Shown: one piece after another, positions 50,983-62,500 of the stretch
How the letters are laid out: each line of letters opens with the position of its first letter
Position numbering within the stretch: the first letter of the stretch is position 1
NCBI GenBank assembly: GCA_965207885.1
Contig: OZ242311.1
Coordinates: forward strand, 5,184,001 to 5,248,000
DNA from: Candidatus Latescibacterota bacterium
Lineage (GTDB): Bacteria; Latescibacterota; UBA2968
Direction of reading: 5' to 3'
DNA: 64,000 bases
Made by a program: the position numbers and the translations under genes
The notes under the pieces: generated by a model
Databases searched by the model: none
Seen by the model: only the letters and a program-made list of their open reading frames with translations
Told to the model about the DNA's origin: nothing

Positions 50983-52128
50983 ATGGATAAAGACCTCAAA
51001 ATCACCCTTGGCGTCGAAGAAGAATTCTTTCTCGTTGACCCCAACACCCGCGACCTGCTTGCCGACCCCGACCCGGGCATCCTCGCCGTTTGTGAACAGA
51101 ACAGCGGATCGCACAAGGTCGTAACGGAATTTCTGCGCTCCCAAATAGAGACCAACACCCGCGTCTGCACATCAATAGCCGAAGTCCGCACAGCACTGAT
51201 AGAGACCCGCCGGATAGTCATTGATGCCGCTGTAAAATACGGTGCCGCATTGATAGCTGCCTCCACCCATCCCTTCGCGTCGTGGTCTGCACAGATGCCC
51301 ACACCACAAAAGCGCTATGAGGAATTTGAGGTCACGTACCAGGAATCCGTGCGGCGGTTGCTCATCGGGGGCATGCATATCCACGCCAGCTTCGGCGACT
51401 CAGAAGAACGCATTCGCGTCATGACCGCACTTCGCCGGTACCTGCCCTTGCTCCACGCGCTATCCACCTCATCGCCATTCAGCGGCGGAAACCTCACCGG
51501 CTTCAAGTCCTATCGCCTGAACATCTTCAGTGCCCTCCCGCGCACCGGCCTTCCCGGGCCCCTGTACTCCCAGGCCGAATACGAGCAACTCGTAGAAGAC
51601 TACCAGCGCCTGAACTTTATCGGAGACGGCAGCGAACTGTGGTGGGACATCCGTCCCGGCAATGCTTATCCAACAGTGGAAATACGCATCTGCGACACCT
51701 GTTCGCGCGTTGAAGACGCAGTATGCATAGTCGCACTCTACGCATCCCTCATCCGCATGCTGCTGCGACGGGCGCGGGCAGGCACCCTGCCTCCGGAGCC
51801 GCGCACCGAAATCATCGCCGAAAATCGCTGGCTTGCACAGCGCTACGGGGTATTTGCGTTCCTGGGTGATACGCGCGACGGCGGACGCATGGACATCGAC
51901 GACTACGCATGCGGACTAATTGAACAGTTAGACGAAGATGCCCGCGCACTCGGCTGCGAAGACGAATTACACCGCATATCCGAAATCATCCGCGACGGCA
52001 GCAGTGCGGACCGACAGGTTGACCACTTTCGCATCTGCCGCCTGGAAGGTGCCACTGAAATAGAGGCATTGCGCGCCGTCGTCGATCTGCTGATCGCCGA
52101 AACCCAAGAGGGAATTGATAAAGTCTGA
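50983..52128 (+). CDS. YbdK-family carboxylate-amine ligase (GCS2)
   Basis: TLGVEEEF, QIETNT, STHPF, GMHIH, SSPF, WWDIRP, VEIRICD. Confidence 0.92.
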   Translation: MDKDLKITLGVEEEFFLVDPNTRDLLADPDPGILAVCEQNSGSHKVVTEFLRSQIETNTRVCTSIAEVRTALIETRRIVIDAAVKYGAALIAASTHPFASWSAQMPTPQKRYEEFEVTYQESVRRLLIGGMHIHASFGDSEERIRVMTALRRYLPLLHALSTSSPFSGGNLTGFKSYRLNIFSALPRTGLPGPLYSQAEYEQLVEDYQRLNFIGDGSELWWDIRPGNAYPTVEIRICDTCSRVEDAVCIVALYASLIRMLLRRARAGTLPPEPRTEIIAENRWLAQRYGVFAFLGDTRDGGRMDIDDYACGLIEQLDEDARALGCEDELHRISEIIRDGSSADRQVDHFRICRLEGATEIEALRAVVDLLIAETQEGIDKV

Positions 52129-52141
52129 GATAGAGGGCCCC

Positions 52142-53533
52142 ATGAAAAAAAACAAACCAAATGTATTATTCATTCTCGCAGACGACCTGGGCTGGCGCGA
52201 TACGTCGTTATACGGCAGCGCATTTTGCAAAACCCCAAACATCGACGCCCTTGCCGCGCGCGGCATGATGTTTACCAATGCGTACGCCGCCAACCCGCTG
52301 TGTTCCCCCACTCGCGCGAGCATCATAACGGGATTGTGGCCCGCGCGCGTTGGCATTACAACGCCGGGATGCCATCTGGACCACATTGTACTCGAATCCT
52401 TTTTGAGCGAAAAAGGACCGCCGCATAACAAAGCCCTGATCGCACAAAGCGTCACCCGCTTAAGCACGGAATACCAAACTCTATCATCGGTATTTCGCGA
52501 TGCGGGATACAAAACCGCGCACATTGGGAAATGGCATCTGGGCGCAGAGCCTTATAGCCCATTTGAACACGGATTCGACATCGACATCCCGCACACACCT
52601 GCCCCCAGCCCATTGGCCGATGGCTGGTTTGCGCCGTGGAAAGTCTATCCCAATAAGGGCGAACCGGGCGATCACCTGGAAGATCGCATGGCGCAAGAAG
52701 CCGTTGAATTTATTCGCGAAAACAAAGACACACCTTTTTATCTCCATTTCTGGCAATTTTCTGTACATTCTCCCTGGCACGCCAAACAGGATGTAATAGA
52801 AAAATACGCGCAAAAAGTCGATATCGAAGATCCCCAGCACAACCCCGTTTACGCAGCCATGGTTGAAACAATGGACGACGCAGTAGGGCAATTAATGGGA
52901 ACACTTGAAGAAGAAGGGATTTTAGACAATACCATCGTAATCTTCTTTTCGGACAATGGCGGAGTACACTGGAGCGCGACAGACAATGTCCATCCCGATT
53001 ATATCGATGTACCCATAACGAGCAACGCGCCCCTGAGAGGCGGAAAGGCAAATACCTACGAAGGCGGCACCCGCGAACCGTTGATTGTCACGTGGCCCGG
53101 TCAGATTGAAGCGGGCAGCCGCAACGATCAGGCAATCGTGCAAAGCATCGATTTCTTCCCCACCCTGACCGAACTCTGCGGCCTCGAAGCACCTGCATCG
53201 GTTGACGGCATCAGTTTTGCCCCCGCACTTCGCGGCGAACCCCTTGCGCGGGACACCATTTTCTGTCACTTTCCGCACTATACGCCGGCAGCAGATGGCC
53301 TGCCATCGACTTATATTCGCAAAGGCGATTGGAAACTCATCCGATTCTATTGCGACAACGACGACCAGACCGACCGCGTGGAACTGTACAATCTGGCAGA
53401 AGACATTGGCGAAACAAATAATCTGGCGGACGAATATCCCGACCGCGTATCTGAATTGAATGACCTTATCGATCAATTCCTGACAGATACCGGCGCTGTG
53501 ATACCCACACCCAATCCCGCGTATCAGGGATAA
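52142..53533 (+). CDS. Arylsulfatase (Cys-type FGly sulfatase)
   Basis: KPNVLFILADDLG, CSPTRASIITG, GKWHLG, FSDNGG, YEGGTR. Confidence 0.95.
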   Translation: MKKNKPNVLFILADDLGWRDTSLYGSAFCKTPNIDALAARGMMFTNAYAANPLCSPTRASIITGLWPARVGITTPGCHLDHIVLESFLSEKGPPHNKALIAQSVTRLSTEYQTLSSVFRDAGYKTAHIGKWHLGAEPYSPFEHGFDIDIPHTPAPSPLADGWFAPWKVYPNKGEPGDHLEDRMAQEAVEFIRENKDTPFYLHFWQFSVHSPWHAKQDVIEKYAQKVDIEDPQHNPVYAAMVETMDDAVGQLMGTLEEEGILDNTIVIFFSDNGGVHWSATDNVHPDYIDVPITSNAPLRGGKANTYEGGTREPLIVTWPGQIEAGSRNDQAIVQSIDFFPTLTELCGLEAPASVDGISFAPALRGEPLARDTIFCHFPHYTPAADGLPSTYIRKGDWKLIRFYCDNDDQTDRVELYNLAEDIGETNNLADEYPDRVSELNDLIDQFLTDTGAVIPTPNPAYQG

Positions 53534-53549
53534 ATCTAAGGAGCAACAC

Positions 53550-54092
53550 ATGACTGTTCAATACAACGGAATTTTACGCGCACTCGTCGCCGCGATCATA
53601 CTCGCCGCGCTCAGCACGCTGGGCGATTTTCTGTGGGCGCATCACGGGATCAAACACCGCATGTTCACCGGCATCCTTCACGGCGCACTATTGTGCCTCT
53701 GTTTGGGCGTTGTTCTCGGATATGGTGGCAAAACGCTACAAACGATTTTATTGGGCGCACTCGGTGGCCTCGCCATTGGCATATTATCCGCTGGCGGATA
53801 TTATCTCATGCGCCCGATCATTCGCTCTGACGCGGTGATCGTCGCGTGGATGGAACTGTGGATCCTTGCAGCCCTGCTCCACTGGTGGGTGAACACCATC
53901 TCCGAAAGCCTGAAACGCACATTGCTCCGGGGTATTCTGGCCGCCGTGACTTCTGGTCTCGCCTTCTTGATTTTGGGCATTTGGACCAAACACGCGCTCG
54001 GCGGGCCGCATTATGTCTATAAGCTGCTTTCCTGGACCATCGCCTTTTTACCTGGATTTCTCGCGCTATTTGTCACGCGGAAAACCGACTAA
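53550..54092 (+). CDS. Hypothetical membrane protein
   Basis: About six hydrophobic segments; AAGGAG RBS. Confidence 0.7.
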   Translation: MTVQYNGILRALVAAIILAALSTLGDFLWAHHGIKHRMFTGILHGALLCLCLGVVLGYGGKTLQTILLGALGGLAIGILSAGGYYLMRPIIRSDAVIVAWMELWILAALLHWWVNTISESLKRTLLRGILAAVTSGLAFLILGIWTKHALGGPHYVYKLLSWTIAFLPGFLALFVTRKTD

Positions 54093-54110
54093 CACCTGTG
54101 GAGGTCTCTT

Positions 54111-54965
54111 TTGATCAAACTCGTCTGTCTAACACTGCCTTATGCAAACTATCCTCTCGAGCGAGGGATTGAAGGCGTTGCCCGCGCGGGATATTCCCAT
54201 GTGGGCTTGGGCTGGTCGCACGAAGGCGAAGACACGCTCGGTTTTGATCCCGATGGGCCCCTTGTGCACCGCACAAAAACCCTGTGCGAACAAGCGGGTT
54301 TAACCCCTGTCGTAATCGGACTTGGATCCACCCCGGCAAGGGATAACGCGCGTTATCTTATGCGCAGAATTGATGTGTGTCGGGCACTCGGCGCCGAAAC
54401 AGTTCAGATGGCCGGAGTGGGTGGGTATCGGCGATTTCCCGATGAACCGCTCGCCCCCGAAGTCTTTCAATCTGCCCACGAAGCCTATGTCGCAGACCTG
54501 AAAGAAGCGGGAACCCATGCCCAGAATCAAAACATTATCCTCGCACCCAAACCACATACGGGCAATACCGCAACCGCAAAACATCTGGCCCGCTTATTGC
54601 CCGAAATTGATCGGACCTCGGTACGAGCCTGTTACGACCCGGGAAATGTCCATTATTACGAAGGCATATCTCCCGAAGACGATTTTCCCCATATTGCGGA
54701 CCAAACCTGTAAAATAATCGCCAAAGATCACATTGGTCCCAAAGCAGAAAACAACTTCCCCATTCCCGGCGAAGGAGATGTGGATTTTGAGCGCATCTTT
54801 GCCACGGCATTAGAAGCGGGCTTTGATGGCCCAGTGGTCGTCGAGCGCGTAAATGGCACGGGTGGTGCTTTTACGGCTGAAGAAATCGATATTCGCATCC
54901 GACGCGCACGCGAAAATGTGATAGATTTACTGAATAGTGCAGGATTTTCTTTAGATGAAGGATGA
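54111..54965 (+). CDS. Sugar phosphate isomerase/epimerase (xylose isomerase-like TIM barrel)
   Basis: KPH, YDPGN, AKD, PGEGDVDF, GFDGPVVVE. Confidence 0.82.
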   Translation: MIKLVCLTLPYANYPLERGIEGVARAGYSHVGLGWSHEGEDTLGFDPDGPLVHRTKTLCEQAGLTPVVIGLGSTPARDNARYLMRRIDVCRALGAETVQMAGVGGYRRFPDEPLAPEVFQSAHEAYVADLKEAGTHAQNQNIILAPKPHTGNTATAKHLARLLPEIDRTSVRACYDPGNVHYYEGISPEDDFPHIADQTCKIIAKDHIGPKAENNFPIPGEGDVDFERIFATALEAGFDGPVVVERVNGTGGAFTAEEIDIRIRRARENVIDLLNSAGFSLDEG

Positions 54966-56212
54966 AAACTATGACGCTTAATGAACTGCGCGGAAAAACA
55001 GTCGCACTTGCATCGTCGGGAGGATTGGACAGTTGCACCGTGACAAAATGGCTGGCTGACCGCGGCGTAAATGTCGTGAGTTTAACCGCCGATATTGGAC
55101 AACCCGATGAGGAAAATATCGATGACATATCCAAACGCATGCTCGCCTGTGGCGCGCGTGAAGCCGTGCTGATCGATCTAAAGACCGACCTGGCAGAAGC
55201 AGGCATAGCAATGCTGATTGGACAAGCGCGTTACGAAGGTGGATATTGGAATACAACGGGCATCGCGCGATATGTCACCACGCGGGGATTATTGGAGGAA
55301 ATGGACCGGCGCAACATCGACGTACTCGCGCACGGCGCAACCGGACGCGGCAACGATCAGGTGCGATTTCAACTCGTCGCCAATATGCTCAAACCCAGCG
55401 TAACCGTATATGCCCCCTGGCGAGACCCCGCATTTCTCGACATATTTGGCGGACGCAAAGAAATGATCGACTTTTGCAATTCATACAATTTGCCGATCAC
55501 AGCGACGTATGAAAAACCCTATTCTACCGACGCCAACTTTTTGGGCTTAACACATGAGGCAGGCAAACTCGAATACCTCGATGTCGCAGCCGATTTTATT
55601 GAACCGGGCATGGGCGTATTGCCCGCGCAGGCACCGGATAAACCCGAATCATTTACCGTCAGAATAGACGCGGGCCTCCCGGTGCAAATCAATGGTACGG
55701 ATACCGATTCTGTAACCGCAATCCTGAAAGCCAATGAAATTGGCGGACGAAACGGCGTGGGCATTGGGATTCACACCGTGGAAAACCGCTTTGTCGGCAT
55801 CAAATCGCGCGGCGTATATGAAAGCCCGGGACTTTGCCTGCTCGGCGCGTGTTACGAGTTCTTGCTCCAACAAGTTCTGGACCGGCGCGCGCGAAAATTT
55901 TACGATTCGATATCTTCATCCCTCGCCGAACAAATCTATCAGGGATATTACTGCGATTTATCCACTCAAATGATGCAGGGCGCGCTCGCGCCCGTGGCAA
56001 AATTATTGACGGGCACAATCACAGTCGCCGCATACAAAGGCACAGTATTATTTCAATCATCGGAAAATGTGCCGCACTCTCTCTACTCCGAAGAAACCGC
56101 TTCAATGGAAGACGTGGGCGACTACGACCACCGCGATTCCGAGGGCTTCTTAAACGTCCTCGGCGTCGGCGCAAAAGCCCAACACGCAGCGGGACAAAGT
56201 GCTGACTTATGA
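54962..56212 (+). CDS. argG: Argininosuccinate synthase
   Basis: SGGLDS, HGATGRGNDQVRF, YSTDAN, VENRFVGIKSRGVYESPG. Confidence 0.95.
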   Translation: MKTMTLNELRGKTVALASSGGLDSCTVTKWLADRGVNVVSLTADIGQPDEENIDDISKRMLACGAREAVLIDLKTDLAEAGIAMLIGQARYEGGYWNTTGIARYVTTRGLLEEMDRRNIDVLAHGATGRGNDQVRFQLVANMLKPSVTVYAPWRDPAFLDIFGGRKEMIDFCNSYNLPITATYEKPYSTDANFLGLTHEAGKLEYLDVAADFIEPGMGVLPAQAPDKPESFTVRIDAGLPVQINGTDTDSVTAILKANEIGGRNGVGIGIHTVENRFVGIKSRGVYESPGLCLLGACYEFLLQQVLDRRARKFYDSISSSLAEQIYQGYYCDLSTQMMQGALAPVAKLLTGTITVAAYKGTVLFQSSENVPHSLYSEETASMEDVGDYDHRDSEGFLNVLGVGAKAQHAAGQSADL

Positions 56213-56273
56213 GTGATGTTCAATTCCGATAGCAGTTCAATCCATCCCCAAATTATCAAATCAAGAGTACCCC

Positions 56274-59200
56274 ATGTCACAAAATAACCTTTCTTTGCAA
56301 ATATCAGGAATCCGAGATAACCACCACCGGGGTACAGTGGGCAATTTCCTCAAGTCCAAAATCCAGAATGGCTCATCACTTTCAATCGTATCTGCGTACT
56401 TTACAATTTACGCTTTTGAAGCCTTAAAAGCATCGCTGGTAGATATTAAAGACCTGCGATTTTTGTTTGGTGAGCCGCGTTTTGTCAAAAGCCTTGACCC
56501 GGAAAGGACGGACAAAAAAGCCTTCAAGATCGAAGACGAGGGCTTGCAACTTCAGAATCGGCTTGAGCAAAAGCGCGTTGCCAAAGAATGCGCCAAGTGG
56601 ATCAAAAAAAAGGTACAGATACGGTCGATCAGAGCACTGAATCTATTACACGGAAAAATGTACCATATTGCCCATAACGGCGTGGAAGAAGCCATTATGG
56701 GCAGTTCCAATTTTACAGTGCGTGGCCTGGGGCTGAGCCAGACGAGCAACAATATTGAACTCAATCTGGAGGTAGATAGCAACCGTGACCGCCGCGATCT
56801 GAAAACATGGTTTGATGAACTCTGGAATAACCAAGAACTGGTCGAAGATGTCAAAGCGGAGGTGCTATTATACCTTGAGCAACTCTATCAAAATCACGCG
56901 CCGGAATTTATCTACTACAAAACCCTGTTTCATATCTTTGAGCAGTATTTGGATGAACAGGAGAGTAGCGGGTTGCTCGCCGAGCAGATGCAACTCGTCG
57001 ATACAGAGATTTGGAACGCCCTGTTTGAATTTCAGAAAGACGGCGTAAAAGGCGCGATCAACAAAATTCGTCAACACAACGGCTGTGTCATTGCCGACAG
57101 TGTTGGCCTGGGTAAGACCTTCGAAGCCCTGGCAGTGATCAAATACTTTGAACTACAAAATGACAAAGTCCTTGTTTTGTGTCCTAAGAAATTGCGCGAC
57201 AACTGGACGATTTACCAGGCGCAGAATAACAGCGAACTGAATCCCTTCCTCAAAGATCGCTTTGGATACACAGTCCTATCACATACCGACCTGAGTCGCG
57301 ATGGAGGCAGGTCTGGAGATATTGATCTGGCAACTATCAACTGGGGCAACTACCAGTTAGTTGTTATTGATGAATCGCACAATTTCCGGAACAACACACC
57401 AGGCAAGCGAGACGAGGACGGCAATCTGATTCGCAAAAGCCGTTATCAACGTTTGATGGAAGATATTATCCAGAGTGGGGTCAAAACCAAAGTTCTATTG
57501 CTTTCCGCCACACCGGTGAACAATGATTTGAAAGATTTACGCAATCAGATTTATTTTTTTACTGAAGATAGCGATGACGCTTTCCGCGAATCACTTGGTA
57601 TTGGCAGCCTGAAAGACACACTGGCAACAGCACAGCGCACGTTTACAGAATGGGCGAAGCAGAGGGGTGTACACCGACAAACTTCTACTTTGTTGGAACA
57701 ACTGAGTTCTGCGTTTTTTAAGTTACTTGACGCATTGACCATTGCCCGTTCTCGAAAACACATAGAGAAATACTACCGGAATTCACTTAAAGAACTCGGT
57801 GGATTCCCAGATCGAGGTACGCCTATATCTGTTTCTCCCGATATTGATTTGAAGAAGCAGTTTATGTCTTACGACGAGTTGAACGAGGAAATCTCTAAAT
57901 ATCAACTTTCCTTGTTCAATCCCTCAAAATACGTCCTTTCAGAACACCAATCCCAATACGATACTCAGCAGATCCGAAACTTTACACAAAGTGACCGCGA
58001 ACATTATTTGATTGGCATGATGAAGGTGAACTTCCTCAAGCGGTTGGAAAGTTCCGTTCATTCATTTGCCATTACAATGCAGCGTACGATTGAAAAAATT
58101 GATGCACTGGAAGGACGAATCAGACGGTTTCAAAAGGTCCGCGATGACAACCCTGATTTGGATTTGGAAGAGATCGAAATTGAAGCCCTTGAAGACGAAG
58201 AATTGCAGGAAGCAATGCAGGTAGGAAAAAAACTCGTCTTTAATATGGCGCATCTCAATGTTGATACGTGGCTGAAAGATTTGAAGCGCGACAAAGAGCA
58301 ACTCACGTTGCCTTACCTTTTCGCAAAAGACATCACCCCTGACCGCGATGCCAAACTCGCCAAACTAAAAGAACTCATCGCTGAAAAAGTCAAAAATCCG
58401 ACAATCACCAAAAATGATCAGCCGAATCGCAAGGTGTTGGTTTTTACCCACTTTGCCGATACTGCCACATACCTCTATAACGCCTTGCGTCAATGGGCAA
58501 CCGATGAATTGAGGATTCATATTGCAATGGTATCGGGGGGTTCCGAGAATAAGACGACCTTTGGCAGAAATGAATTTAGCCACATTCTGACAAATTTTTC
58601 TCCCGTTGCAAAGAAACGCGCTCAGATGGAATCCATGCCACAAGACAGTGAGATTGACTTGCTAATTGGCACGGATTGTATCTCCGAAGGGCAAAACCTG
58701 CAAGACTGCGATTATTTGATTAACTACGATATTCACTGGAATCCAGTGCGGATTATTCAACGGTTTGGGCGGATTGACCGCATCGGTAGTATCAATGATC
58801 GTGTCCAACTTGTCAACTTTTGGCCGACATCTGACCTCAACCGCTATATCAAACTGAAAAATCGCGTTGAAGCACGGATGGCACTGGTAGATATTGCCGC
58901 TACACAGGGAGACAATCTGTTGGAGCCAGAGGAAATTCAAGACGTAATTTCTGATGAACTCACATACCGCGACCAGCAACTCCGGCGCTTGCAAAAAGAA
59001 GTGTTAGACCTTGAGGAGTTCAACGAAAGCATTGCACTCAATGAATTTACCCTCGACGACTTCCGCATCGAATTGATGAAGTATATTGAGAGCAATAGGC
59101 AAATCCTCGAAGACGCGCCGTTTGGACTTTATGCCGTTGTTCCAACACATCCGGAGTATCCAATGATTACCCCCGGTGTTGTTTTCTGTCTGCGGCAGAA

Positions 59201-59591
59201 AGGGGATTCAACGGAAAACGAGAAGCTCAATCCATTGCAGCCCTATTTCCTCGTCTATATTCGGGAAGATGGCGAAGTGCGCTTTACCTTTGCCCAACCC
59301 AAGCAGATTCTCGAGATGTACCGCCTGCTCTGCGAGAATGCGAAAAACCCTTATGAGGAACTGTGCGCCTTATTCGACAAGCAGACAGACAACGGCGCAA
59401 ACATGGCGCAATACAACGACCTGCTTGAGAAAGCGGTTCGTTCACTCAGTCTCACCTATAAGAAACGCGCTATCGGTAACCTATTATCTGGTCGTAGTGG
59501 CACCCTGCCTAAAAAACAACAACAGGTCAGCCAAACTACAGATTTTGAACTCATAACTTGGCTGGTGATTAAATCGGAAAATCAACAATGA
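56274..59591 (+). CDS. PLD-nuclease/SNF2-family helicase fusion (restriction-like subunit)
   Basis: VSAYFT, LHGKMY...GSSNFT (PLD HxK/GSxN), ADSVGLGKT, IDESHNFRN, LSATP, SEGQNLQ, QRFGRIDR. Confidence 0.9.
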   Translation: MSQNNLSLQISGIRDNHHRGTVGNFLKSKIQNGSSLSIVSAYFTIYAFEALKASLVDIKDLRFLFGEPRFVKSLDPERTDKKAFKIEDEGLQLQNRLEQKRVAKECAKWIKKKVQIRSIRALNLLHGKMYHIAHNGVEEAIMGSSNFTVRGLGLSQTSNNIELNLEVDSNRDRRDLKTWFDELWNNQELVEDVKAEVLLYLEQLYQNHAPEFIYYKTLFHIFEQYLDEQESSGLLAEQMQLVDTEIWNALFEFQKDGVKGAINKIRQHNGCVIADSVGLGKTFEALAVIKYFELQNDKVLVLCPKKLRDNWTIYQAQNNSELNPFLKDRFGYTVLSHTDLSRDGGRSGDIDLATINWGNYQLVVIDESHNFRNNTPGKRDEDGNLIRKSRYQRLMEDIIQSGVKTKVLLLSATPVNNDLKDLRNQIYFFTEDSDDAFRESLGIGSLKDTLATAQRTFTEWAKQRGVHRQTSTLLEQLSSAFFKLLDALTIARSRKHIEKYYRNSLKELGGFPDRGTPISVSPDIDLKKQFMSYDELNEEISKYQLSLFNPSKYVLSEHQSQYDTQQIRNFTQSDREHYLIGMMKVNFLKRLESSVHSFAITMQRTIEKIDALEGRIRRFQKVRDDNPDLDLEEIEIEALEDEELQEAMQVGKKLVFNMAHLNVDTWLKDLKRDKEQLTLPYLFAKDITPDRDAKLAKLKELIAEKVKNPTITKNDQPNRKVLVFTHFADTATYLYNALRQWATDELRIHIAMVSGGSENKTTFGRNEFSHILTNFSPVAKKRAQMESMPQDSEIDLLIGTDCISEGQNLQDCDYLINYDIHWNPVRIIQRFGRIDRIGSINDRVQLVNFWPTSDLNRYIKLKNRVEARMALVDIAATQGDNLLEPEEIQDVISDELTYRDQQLRRLQKEVLDLEEFNESIALNEFTLDDFRIELMKYIESNRQILEDAPFGLYAVVPTHPEYPMITPGVVFCLRQKGDSTENEKLNPLQPYFLVYIREDGEVRFTFAQPKQILEMYRLLCENAKNPYEELCALFDKQTDNGANMAQYNDLLEKAVRSLSLTYKKRAIGNLLSGRSGTLPKKQQQVSQTTDFELITWLVIKSENQQ

Positions 59592-62500
59592 ACGATATAG
59601 CATACAAACAGAAAATCGCTGAAGCCCTACAACGCTTCCGAAGCGGGAACCTCGCCCAGAATGCCCGAGATCTGCTTAACACGCTCGGCTACCATAGCGA
59701 TTTAGAGATGGATATCGAACCAAATACCGCAAAGGGGTTTATTGCGGAGTTCGATCTGTCTGATAAGATGAATCGAGAGCGGGCACAGATAGATGATTGG
59801 GTGTCAATTGATCTTCTCTTTCAATTGCGGGAAGAGGAAATCACCGAGAGTGATAAGATACAAATCCCTTTTGATAACCGGCAGATTGATAACACCCGTA
59901 TTGAGTCATACCTATTCTTTGCGCTGAAACTACAGAATGGCAATTACACCCGCACACAACTCTCCAATATTACCCGCGAAATCAACAAGCTGACCCCAAT
60001 GCCCGCGATGATGCTTTTCCAGCACGGCCAGACCCTGACCTTCTCGATTATTGACCGGCGTCTGCACAAACGCGACGAATCCAAAGATGTTCTCGAAAAG
60101 GTGACGCTAATCAAAGACATTGATTTCAATGATCCTCACCGCGCACATATTGAAATCCTATTCGACCTTGCCCTCGAACAATTGCACAAAACACAGGGCG
60201 TTCACAACTTTGTCGAACTGCATCGAGCATGGGCAAAGACGCTGGATACCGAGGAACTCAACCGACAGTTCTACCTCAAACTATTCGACTGGTTTGAATG
60301 GGCGGTGTCTGAAGCGAAATTTCCCTCTACTTTGCCAGTTGAGCAACACGTCATCCGTCTAATTACTCGCATTCTGTTTGTCTGGTTTATTAAAGAAAAA
60401 CACCTCGTCGCTAAAGAGTGGTTTGTCCGATCTGAAATGGACAAACTGCTGAAAAATTTTGGGCAATCGGATTACTACCGTGCAATATTGCAAAATTTGT
60501 TTTTTGCAACCCTCAATACCGAGATGAAACACCGTCAGTTTTCCCCGCAGAAACGTAGTGGACACCGTATGTTTTCAAAGTACCGCTACCGCTCACTGAT
60601 TGCCAATGAAACGCGGTTTATGGAATTGATGAAGCAAACCCCTTTTATCAATGGCGGTTTATTTGATTGTCTGGACAGCGAAGAGGCGACTCGAGATGGT
60701 GGCTACCGCATTGACATGTTTAGCGATCCCGATCCTATCGAATACCCAGCCGCACGACGCAAGGCGTGGCGAGAACTACACATTCCCGACGATTTGTTCT
60801 TTGACGAACAGCGCGGTTTGTTCCCCTTGCTCAAACATTACAAATTCACGGTGGAGGAAAATACACCTATTGAGCAGGAAGTCGCGCTGGATCCAGAATT
60901 GCTCGGAAAAGTGTTTGAGAACTTGCTGGCGGCTTACAACCCTGAGACACGCGAGACCGCACGCAAGCAGACCGGTTCTTACTATACCCCGCGTCCCGTA
61001 GTAGATTATATGGTAAATGAGGTTCTGGTAGCGACACTGGCGGAAAAGTACCAGCCGACCGATGGCGATATGGCGTACTGGCAAGAACGCTTGCGTTATC
61101 TTTTGAATTATGAGAGCATATTCGACGACGCTAATGAACTTTTTGAGCAAGAAGAAGCAGAGGGCATTGTGCGGGCGATTGCAGAAATCAAAGTGCTGGA
61201 TCCCGCAGTAGGTTCTGGCGCATTTCCGATGGGCATACTACATACACTCACCCTGGCGTTACAGCGGCTTGACCCCGACAACAAACGCTGGGAAGCACTG
61301 CAAAAAGAACGTGCGAGAACAAAGGCAGGCGCGGCATTTGACACTGAAGACGATAACGTACGACGCGAGGAGTTACTGGAAATCAACAACACTTTTAAGC
61401 GTTATCGGGATTCAGATTTTGGGCGTAAACTCTACCTGATTCAAAACAGCATCTTTGGCGTGGACACTCAGCCTATCGCTTGCCAAATCGCTAAACTGCG
61501 ATTTTTCATTTCACTGGCAATCGAGCAGGAAACAGACGAGAAAACAGAAAACTTTGGCATCAGGCCCTTGCCGAACCTGGAGATGCGTTTTGTCGCGGCA
61601 GATACGCTGATCGGTCTCAAAGGAGATCCGATGCTGACAAGCAAGAAAGCGCAGGATTTGGAGCAGGAACTGAATGAAAATCGCGAGCATTATTTTCATG
61701 CGACCACACGCGACAAAAAACTTGCGTGCAAAAATAAGGATAAAGCACTGCGGAGAGAATTGGCGAGAGAGTTAGAAAATTTTGGACTTCCTGCCGATGA
61801 CGTCCATAAAATTGTGCAATGGGATGCCTACGACCAAAATGCAAAAGCGGAGTGGTTTGACGCTAGAAAAATGTTTGGCATTTCTAATGGATTTGATATT
61901 GTAATTGGAAATCCACCGTATGTCGAGTCAAGAAACAGCTTACTATCGACAGAACTGAAGAATTCTTACGGCAATCAAGTCCTAACCGATTGGAACGAAA
62001 CACTACAGCGTGGGAGCGATTTGCTCATCTATTTCTACGCTCGTTCTCCAAAATTCTTAAATGATTCAGGTTATGGCTGTTTCATTACTCAAAACGCTTG
62101 GCTCAGCACGGACTATGGGCAAAAATTCCAAAAGTTTTCGCTCGGAAAATTCTCGTTCCAGAAAATCATCGATACTTCCGCCAAGTTCTTTTCTGACGTT
62201 AAAAGCCAGAATATCAATGCCATCATTACAACTTTCACCAAGAACCTGTTGCAAAACATAGAATACGGGGTTGCAAACAGTGATATGAAGATTACCCCAA
62301 AGAGAATCATTGATCCGAAACAAACGATGAAGTGGGGACATCTCTTTTCTATGCCCGAATTCTATTTGGATATACTGTCAAATATATCTGCAAATGCTGA
62401 CATGGGAAACAAAATCACTTTTGGTCAAGGGTTAAACTTTTCTAAGAGCAAACTAAATGAGCCTGGGGCCAATGTGCCCGTAATTGTCAAAGACGCAAGT

